DNA of 64,000 bases from Treponemataceae bacterium. Its GTDB lineage: Bacteria > Spirochaetota > Spirochaetia > Treponematales > Rectinemataceae. The stretch spans positions 384,001 to 448,000 of the forward strand of contig CAXXHO010000003.1 of assembly GCA_963667725.2 (NCBI GenBank). Direction: 5' to 3'. The notes under the pieces were generated by a model, which had not been told where the DNA came from, did no database searches, and saw nothing but the letters and a program-made list of their open reading frames with translations. This document shows, piece after piece, positions 57,435 to 64,000 of the stretch (position 1 is its first letter; each line of letters starts with the position of its first letter). The translations under genes were made by a program, and so were the position numbers.

Positions 57435-58133
57435 ATGGCCAGGCGAAAGGACGCCGATAAGCGGCAGCTCATCCTTGGCGAAGCCAAGCGCATGTTCGCG
57501 GGCGGAGGCTACGACGCGACTTCCATGGCGGCGCTCGCCGAACATATAGGCATTTCCGTCGGGAGCCTCTATACGTACTTCGAATCCAAGGAAAGCCTGC
57601 TCAATTCCATCATAGAAGAAGGCTGGAGCGAGTTTTTTCTTTACCTCCAGAGGGGATTATCCGAGGGCGGATTATCCGGAAGTGGCTCATCCGGAAGCGG
57701 TGCCCTGTTCCGTTTGGCTTTCCTGGTGCGGAAGGCATTGCCCGAGTTGTTCAAGGACCTCGACTTGATAGCCATCCTGCTCGCGCAGGCCGATCAGTCT
57801 TCCCGCCTCGGCGATAAACTGGAACAGCTTGCCTTCCTCGTCGACTCGATCATCAAGGATTTCAGGAAGGCCGAGGGGGAAAACGCGGGACCCGGAATTC
57901 CCAATCTCAAGACAGGCCTGGCGGTCATGCTCCTCGGGAGCCTCGAGACGATGCGTCTGATTCACAGGGCCGGGATCGATATCGGGATGGAGGAGGTCAC
58001 CGCCTTTCTTGTCCTGACGATCGAAGGCGCCTTGGGCTGTTCACTGCCCGCTATTTGCGAGCCTGGAGACTCGCTTTCCATAACTGCCGCCCGGAGCGGT
58101 TCGCCTGCCTGCGCTGACGCGGCGGGAGGCTGA
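57435..58133 (+). CDS. TetR/AcrR family regulator
   Basis: KRQLIL...GYDATSMAALAEHIGISVGSLYTYFESKE. Confidence 0.85.
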   Translation: MARRKDADKRQLILGEAKRMFAGGGYDATSMAALAEHIGISVGSLYTYFESKESLLNSIIEEGWSEFFLYLQRGLSEGGLSGSGSSGSGALFRLAFLVRKALPELFKDLDLIAILLAQADQSSRLGDKLEQLAFLVDSIIKDFRKAEGENAGPGIPNLKTGLAVMLLGSLETMRLIHRAGIDIGMEEVTAFLVLTIEGALGCSLPAICEPGDSLSITAARSGSPACADAAGG

Positions 58134-59103
58134 AGGGGCTCTTGCGGGCCAGCCAGAGCTTCACGATCGGACCGACGATGAATACGAGACGGCTCAGGAA
58201 GCGGGTTTCCCATCGCACTTCCTCATAATAGTCCTCGAGGGTTTTTCGCCTGAAATGCAGCAGCGAATCGGCATAATCGGAGTCCTCGTACCAGCCGCAA
58301 TGGAAATTGGCGGCCGCGAAGGCGTTTTCGGGCAGAAAGGTCGAATCGCCAAGGCCGAAGTATCTGAACACCCGATCGAGGAAGGCCCGGAAGAAGGTAC
58401 GGCAGAGAGAGCCGCCGCCGATGTCGAGGGTTTGACCGCCGATGGAGGGGAGGGAGGCGGCGGCGGCGAAGGCGCGGCCCGCGTCTTCGGTATGGATGAT
58501 TTCGAGCCGCGTCTCGGGAGGCATCGAGAAGAGAAGGGGATCGAAGGGCAGCCATTTCGCCCAGACGACGTAGGAGAGGCGCAGCACGGCGAAGTCGAGG
58601 CCGGACGCCTGCAGGAGTCTCTCGCACTCAGCTTTCGTTTCGCTGTAGAGGTCAGAGGGATGGATTTCATCCGATGTCTTTATCCAGAAATCCTTGAGGC
58701 GGTCGCCGTAAATGGCTATGCTCGAGGCGAAGACCAGGCGGGGATGGTTCTGGGCCGACCGGCATGCCTCGATGATGTTGGCCGTGCCGCCGATATTGAC
58801 GGCTTTTGTCTTTTCGGGATCCTTTTCCGCCGCAGGCGGAATGAGGGCAGCGAGATGTATCACCGCGTCGGGGCCGTCCGGGAAGGCGGAAAAAGCTCTG
58901 CCCACGTCAGCCTGCGACCTAATGTCGCCAAAGACGAATTTACAGGAAGCCCACTGCGTATTGAGCAGTCTTTTAAGCCCGACTCCCGCCTTTTTAAGCG
59001 CCGAGGGGCTCTCGAAAATCGCGATGGAATGGCCCGCGGCAAGGCAAGCCATCACGACGCTGCACCCCACATTCCCGAATCCGCCCGTCACCAGGATGTT
59101 CAT
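58051..59103 (-). CDS. NAD-dependent epimerase/dehydratase (extended SDR)
   Basis: ILVTGGFGNVG, HLAA, VNIGGT, SSIAIYG, YSETK. Confidence 0.85.
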   Translation of the reverse strand: MNILVTGGFGNVGCSVVMACLAAGHSIAIFESPSALKKAGVGLKRLLNTQWASCKFVFGDIRSQADVGRAFSAFPDGPDAVIHLAALIPPAAEKDPEKTKAVNIGGTANIIEACRSAQNHPRLVFASSIAIYGDRLKDFWIKTSDEIHPSDLYSETKAECERLLQASGLDFAVLRLSYVVWAKWLPFDPLLFSMPPETRLEIIHTEDAGRAFAAAASLPSIGGQTLDIGGGSLCRTFFRAFLDRVFRYFGLGDSTFLPENAFAAANFHCGWYEDSDYADSLLHFRRKTLEDYYEEVRWETRFLSRLVFIVGPIVKLWLARKSPFSLPPRQRRQANRSGRQLWKASLQARK

Positions 59104-59248
59104 TCATCGCCTCCGGATAGAAAGCTCCTGATATGAAGTATACTATAAATGAACGATCATTCAATATACAAGGTTACAGAGTTTCCCGTTATTGGGCGAA
59201 CAGGTCTCTTATTGACGATAATCGTTGTCCTGTCGTACACTTCGCGCC

Positions 59249-61045
59249 ATGATTACGATTCATGAACTGCGAAGTAAATACATAGAATTCTTCAAATCGA
59301 AAGGCCATGTCGAGATCAGCGGCAAGTCCCTTGTCCCCGAAAACGATCCTTCGGTTCTTTTCACGACGGCCGGCATGCATCCTCTGGTCCCTTATCTCCT
59401 CGGCGAACCTCATCCGGCGGGCAAGAGGCTGACGGATTACCAGAAATGCATCCGGACCGGCGACATCGAAGAAGTGGGCGACGAAAGTCATCTCACCTTT
59501 TTCGAAATGCTGGGCAACTGGTCCCTCGGCGATTATTTCAAGAAGGAGTCCATCGCCTTTTCCTGGGAATTTCTCGTCTCCCCGAAATGGCTCGCTCTCG
59601 ATCCCGCGAAGATTTCCGTGACGGTGTTCGCCGGCGACGAGAATTCGCCCAGGGACGAAGTCTCCGCCGATGCTTGGAAATCCCTGGGCATGCCGGCCGA
59701 CCGGATAGCCTACCTTCCCGCCGGCGACAACTGGTGGGCAGCCGGTTCCGTCGGCCCCTGCGGTCCCGACACCGAGATTTTCATCTGGACCGGCGAGGGA
59801 CTGCCTCCCGCCGGCTCCAACAAGGGTACCGATCCCAAGCGCTGGATGGAAATCTGGAACAATGTCTTCATGGAATTCAATCGCGTGGACGAAAAGACCC
59901 TCGTGAAACTGCCCGCCCAGAACGTGGACACGGGCATGGGACTCGAGCGGACCGTGGCCATGCTTCAGGGCAAAAAATCGGTCTATGAGACCGAGGCCTT
60001 CACGCCCATCCTCGAAACCCTGGGACGTCTCGCGGGAAAGGCTTACGGAGCTCTCGGAAACGATCCCGAGCTCGACCGCAGCTTCAGGATAGTTGCCGAT
60101 CATGTGCGCACGGCCACCTTCATCCTGGGTGACCCGAAAGCCGTCCTTCCCTCCAACGTGGGAGCGGGCTATGTTCTGAGGCGCATCATAAGGCGGGCGG
60201 TGCGGCATGGCCGCAAGCTCGGCATCGAAGGCGCCTTCCTGTCGATTCCCGCCGAAGGCGTGGTCGAGAACTACGCGGTTCCCTATCCGGAGCTAGTGGA
60301 GAACAAGGCGCGCATCCTCGACGAGCTTCGCGGCGAGGAGGAAAAATTCCTCGAAACCCTGATCAAAGGCGAGCACGAATTCCAGAAGATGCTGCCCAAT
60401 CTTCTCAGGAATCCCCAGAAAATAATGTCGGGGCGCCTGGCCTTCAAGCTCTACGACACCTATGGCTTCCCCATCGAGCTGACCGAGGAAGTGGCGGGCG
60501 AAAATGGCCTTACGGTCGACAGGGCGGAATTCGATGAGGCCTACAGGAAGCACCAGGAACTATCCAGGGCCGGCAGCGAACAGACTTTCAAGGGCGGCCT
60601 GGCCGATCATTCCGAAATTTCCACGAAGTACCACTCCGTCACCCATCTCATGCAGAAGGCGTTGAGGATCATTCTGGGCGACCACGTGGCGCAGAAAGGC
60701 AGCAATATCACCACGGAGCGTGTTCGCTTCGATTTCTCCCACCCCTCGCCGATGACCAAGGAAGAGATCGCCAAGGTTGAGGAGATCGTCAACGAGCAGA
60801 TTCGCCGCGACTTGCCCGTGACGATGGAGATGATGAGCCTGGACGAGGCGAAGGCCGCGGGCGCCATCGCGCTGTTCGGCGAAAAGTATGAGTCGGTGGT
60901 GAAGGTCTATACGATGGGCGATTTTTCGAAGGAAGTGTGCGGCGGTCCCCATGTGGCCCATACCGGTCTTCTCGGAAAATTCAGGATCCAGAAAGAGCAG
61001 TCTTCCAGCGCCGGCGTGCGCAGGATTTATGGTATTCTCGAATAG
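59249..61045 (+). CDS. alaS: Alanine--tRNA ligase, short form lacking C-Ala
   Basis: DPSVLFTTAGM, QKCIRT, TFFEMLGN, DTGMGLER, LYDTYGFP, HSVTH and EVCGGPH editing site; ends GVRRIYGILE. Confidence 0.93.
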   Translation: MITIHELRSKYIEFFKSKGHVEISGKSLVPENDPSVLFTTAGMHPLVPYLLGEPHPAGKRLTDYQKCIRTGDIEEVGDESHLTFFEMLGNWSLGDYFKKESIAFSWEFLVSPKWLALDPAKISVTVFAGDENSPRDEVSADAWKSLGMPADRIAYLPAGDNWWAAGSVGPCGPDTEIFIWTGEGLPPAGSNKGTDPKRWMEIWNNVFMEFNRVDEKTLVKLPAQNVDTGMGLERTVAMLQGKKSVYETEAFTPILETLGRLAGKAYGALGNDPELDRSFRIVADHVRTATFILGDPKAVLPSNVGAGYVLRRIIRRAVRHGRKLGIEGAFLSIPAEGVVENYAVPYPELVENKARILDELRGEEEKFLETLIKGEHEFQKMLPNLLRNPQKIMSGRLAFKLYDTYGFPIELTEEVAGENGLTVDRAEFDEAYRKHQELSRAGSEQTFKGGLADHSEISTKYHSVTHLMQKALRIILGDHVAQKGSNITTERVRFDFSHPSPMTKEEIAKVEEIVNEQIRRDLPVTMEMMSLDEAKAAGAIALFGEKYESVVKVYTMGDFSKEVCGGPHVAHTGLLGKFRIQKEQSSSAGVRRIYGILE

Positions 61046-61099
61046 CTTAAGGCGCGCGGATAGGTGGGAGGCTTCTTCGCTTCGCCGCTGACCGCGCGT

Positions 61100-61441
61100 T
61101 CAGTTGATTCTGCGAAGGCCCTGGTATGCCGTGTTATCGTCCTCAAAGACGATGCGGAGTATCCATGGGCCTTCGGTTTTTTCTCCCTCCCACCATACCT
61201 GCCGGATAAAATCCTCGAATCCGTCCTCCACCGTCTGATAGTCGGCTTTTCGCCACTGGAAGAAGACGTATTCGCCGGCGGGAATACCGCGGGCTTGGCC
61301 TTGCGGCATGGCGAGAGGTCGTCGCAGGGTAGGACCGGCGTTCCGGTCATCTACGATTATATCATCGGGTTCGAAGGTCCAGATGCCTTCTTCCGAAAGC
61401 GCTGAGCCGAGGTGGAGGCACAGAAGGCGTGGGTCGCTCAT
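61100..61441 (-). CDS. Hypothetical protein
   Basis: 113-aa ORF with protein-like composition (IPAGEYVFFQWR) filling the alaS-dxs gap. Confidence 0.55.
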   Translation of the reverse strand: MSDPRLLCLHLGSALSEEGIWTFEPDDIIVDDRNAGPTLRRPLAMPQGQARGIPAGEYVFFQWRKADYQTVEDGFEDFIRQVWWEGEKTEGPWILRIVFEDDNTAYQGLRRIN

Positions 61442-61560
61442 GGCTGGATTCTGAAGGATTTTTCTTCGCTTTTCAAGCCTTGCCGGAATAACCGCCGACG
61501 GAATCCGGTCTTTCCCGGATATCTGGAAATAGTGCCTGTTTGATGGTATCCTGCCGGAAC

Positions 61561-63477
61561 ATGAGTCTTCTGGAAACCATACGATCGCCCGAGGATGTCA
61601 AGAAGCTCAAGGAATCCGAGCTTCGCTGCCTCGCGGAAGAGATACGACATAAAATAGTGGACACTGTCAAAGCGAATGGGGGACATCTGTCCTCCAACCT
61701 GGGCGTGATCGAGCTGAGCATAGCGCTTCACAGGGTGTTCGATTCGCCGCGCGACGCCATTGTCTGGGATGTGGGGCATCAGAGCTATACGCACAAGCTT
61801 CTCACCGGCCGCGCGCAGCTTTTTGGCAGAATTCGCAAAAAGGGCGGACTGTCGGGCTTTCCCAAGCGTTCGGAGAGCATCCACGACATTTTCGACACCG
61901 GGCACTCCTCGACATCGATTTCATCGGCCTTGGGGCTTCTCGAAGCGAGGAAACGTTCGGGGAAGGACGGTCGCGTCATCGCCGTCATCGGCGATGGGGC
62001 CCTCACGGCGGGCATGGCATATGAAGGCCTGAGCAATGTCACTCAACTCAATCTCCCTCTCATCGTCATCCTGAACGATAACAAGATGTCGATCTCTCCC
62101 AATGTGGGGGCGATTTCCCGCTATCTTTCCCGGCTCTCCGCCAGTGTGCATTATCAGAGTTTCCGAAGGAAGATAGATACCTTGGTGGAAGCCATTCCGC
62201 ATTTTGGCGGTTTTTTCCTCGACATGATCGTGCGCGGAAAGCGCGCCGTGAAGGCTATCTTCTTCAAGGAAAATCTCTTCTCCGACCTGGGATTCGAATA
62301 TGTGGGTCCCATCGACGGCCACAATATTCCTGTCCTGATCAGCGTGCTGAATCAGGTCAGAAAACTGGAACGTCCGGTGGTCGTCCATGTCGTCACGACG
62401 AAGGGCAAGGGATTCGAAAAGGCCGAGGAGGATCCAGAGAGCTTCCATGGTGTTTCGCCTTTTCGTTCGGGTCCCGCACAAACCCAACCCACCTTCACCG
62501 AAATATTCGGGAAGGCGATGGATGAGATGGCTTCGGAGCGAGGCGATCTTGTCGCCATAACGGCGGCCATGGCCAAAGGCACCTGCCTTGACCTGATGGC
62601 GAAAAAATTCCCCGCCCGCGTGTACGATGTCGGGATCGCCGAGCAGCACGCGGTCACCTTCGCCGCGGGCCTGGCCACGGGGGGACTATCTCCCGTGGTA
62701 GCGATCTATTCCACCTTCATGCAGAGGGCCGTGGACCAGGTGCTCCACGATGTCGCGTTGCCGAATCTCCATGTGGTGTTCGCCCTGGACAGGGCCGGCG
62801 CCGTTGGCGAGGATGGGGAGACGCACCAGGGATTCTACGACATAGCGCTTTTTAAGGCTTTGCCGAACATGACGATGCTGGCGCCATCGAGCGCCGCGGA
62901 AATGAAGGCTTTCCTGGGTTATGCCTTGGCGCAGCGAGGTCCCGTCGTCATTCGCTATCCCAAGGCGCGGATAGCCCGCGACGATAATCCCGGCGCTCCC
63001 GCGGCGCTGTCTGCCTTGATAACCGGCCGCGGGGAATTCCTCCGCAGGACTCCCGGAGCCTCCTTGCTGGTCTGCGCTTTGGGGCCTATAGCGAGGAGCG
63101 CGGCCAGCGCGATCGACCGGCTTGCCGCGAAAGGTATCTATGTCGATCTTTATTCCCTCCGCTTCGTCTGCCCGATAGACGAAGCTTATCTCGCGGAGGT
63201 CTGCGGGCATTACGCCGAGATCGTCACGGTGGAGGAAGGTTCCAAGTCGGGAGGCGTGGGGGAAACGGTCGCGTCGATTTTATCCCGAAAATCCGTGGGC
63301 GCGGGGATCACCACGCTCGGCTTCAACGTCTTACCCTCCGCGCAGGCGTCACGCGACGAACTCCTGCGAGAGGCCGGTCTCGACGAGGACGGGCTGTATT
63401 CCACGATCGGGAGAATGGCTGCCGACACAAAGGGCACGAGGCTGTATGAAACGATATCTTTCGCTGCCCGGGGCTAG
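61561..63477 (+). CDS. dxs: 1-deoxy-D-xylulose-5-phosphate synthase
   Basis: GGHLSSNLG, WDVGHQ, TGHSSTS, GDGA, NDN, YVGPIDGH, IAEQH, DRAG. Confidence 0.95.
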   Translation: MSLLETIRSPEDVKKLKESELRCLAEEIRHKIVDTVKANGGHLSSNLGVIELSIALHRVFDSPRDAIVWDVGHQSYTHKLLTGRAQLFGRIRKKGGLSGFPKRSESIHDIFDTGHSSTSISSALGLLEARKRSGKDGRVIAVIGDGALTAGMAYEGLSNVTQLNLPLIVILNDNKMSISPNVGAISRYLSRLSASVHYQSFRRKIDTLVEAIPHFGGFFLDMIVRGKRAVKAIFFKENLFSDLGFEYVGPIDGHNIPVLISVLNQVRKLERPVVVHVVTTKGKGFEKAEEDPESFHGVSPFRSGPAQTQPTFTEIFGKAMDEMASERGDLVAITAAMAKGTCLDLMAKKFPARVYDVGIAEQHAVTFAAGLATGGLSPVVAIYSTFMQRAVDQVLHDVALPNLHVVFALDRAGAVGEDGETHQGFYDIALFKALPNMTMLAPSSAAEMKAFLGYALAQRGPVVIRYPKARIARDDNPGAPAALSALITGRGEFLRRTPGASLLVCALGPIARSAASAIDRLAAKGIYVDLYSLRFVCPIDEAYLAEVCGHYAEIVTVEEGSKSGGVGETVASILSRKSVGAGITTLGFNVLPSAQASRDELLREAGLDEDGLYSTIGRMAADTKGTRLYETISFAARG

Positions 63478-64000
63478 AACCCTCGAACTCGGAGTACGCC
63501 CGGTCATCATGGGCATCGTCAACGTGACGCCCGATTCTTTTTTCATCGAGAGCAGGCGCCTCGATCCTCTGGAGGCGGCCGATAGAGCCTTGTCGCTTAT
63601 CAGCAAAGGGGCGGATATCCTCGATTTCGGCGCCGAGTCGACGAGGCCCGGCTCGAATCCTGTCGATCCTGAAGAGGAGAAGCGAAGGCTCATCCCCGCC
63701 ATAAAACAGTTCAGAAAACGCTCCGACGCCATTATTTCGGTGGACACCAGGCGCGCCGATGTCGCTGCGGCGGCCCTGGGCGAGGGGGCTGATATCGTGA
63801 ACGACATCGGCGCGCTCGGCGACCTTGGCATGGCTTCCGTAGTGGCGCGTTATGGCGCGGCCATCGTGCTCATGCATATGCGTGGCGATCCGGCGACGAT
63901 GCAGGAGAGCCCGCGCTATGATGACTGCGCCGCCGAAGTGCGGGATTTTCTCGACGCGGCGGTCCAAAGAGCGCTCGAGGCCGGCATTTTACCGGCCGGC
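63446..64000 (+). CDS. folP: Dihydropteroate synthase (runs off the window end; absent from the ORF track)
   Basis: ATG63446 gives MKRYLSLPGARTLELGVRPVIMGIVNVTPDSF...DFGAESTRPG...ISVDT...VNDI...LMHMRG. Confidence 0.9.
   Translation, partial: MKRYLSLPGARTLELGVRPVIMGIVNVTPDSFFIESRRLDPLEAADRALSLISKGADILDFGAESTRPGSNPVDPEEEKRRLIPAIKQFRKRSDAIISVDTRRADVAAAALGEGADIVNDIGALGDLGMASVVARYGAAIVLMHMRGDPATMQESPRYDDCAAEVRDFLDAAVQRALEAGILPAG

Noticed and set aside
63323..63967. 214-aa minus-strand ORF at the window end
   Set aside because: Antisense to folP, which the ORF track missed because it has no stop inside the window

Overview
Bacterial chromosome segment, most likely from an anaerobic spirochaete (inferred from gene content, e.g. 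a short AlaRS, an AddAB-like pair and a large GH13). It has four parts. (1) 1-6.4 kb: an uncharacterised peptide/acyl-amino-acid uptake and hydrolysis operon (DctM-like permease, an unannotated 51-aa membrane protein, an M14-type deacylase, two exported C69 peptidases). (2) About 6.5-25.6 kb: a visibly AT-richer island ending at a decayed integrase next to tRNA-Thr(CGT). It carries an unusual catabolic cluster next to a divergent GntR (BtpA/SgcQ, FGGY kinase, three FrlC-like epimerases, hydantoinase/oxoprolinase A+B, TRAP with two binding proteins), an intact IS1634 with IRs and a TTGAT target duplication, and nested IS256/IS3/IS1634 remnants. (3) 27.9-40.5 kb: a lysine fermentation operon (kdd, class III aminotransferase, kce, kamA, kamB/kamC-like, kamD, kamE, NhaC-family transporter, CoA-transferase A/B) with a Kat-type aminotransferase and no kal. 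(4) 40.5-64 kb: housekeeping genes (pepT, addAB-like, GH13, alaS, dxs, folP), several with apparently leaderless promoters. The best candidate for an undescribed system is the island cluster, which looks like a pathway for a sugar-amino-acid lactam conjugate (Amadori/opine-like). All family calls come from motif recognition, not database searches.
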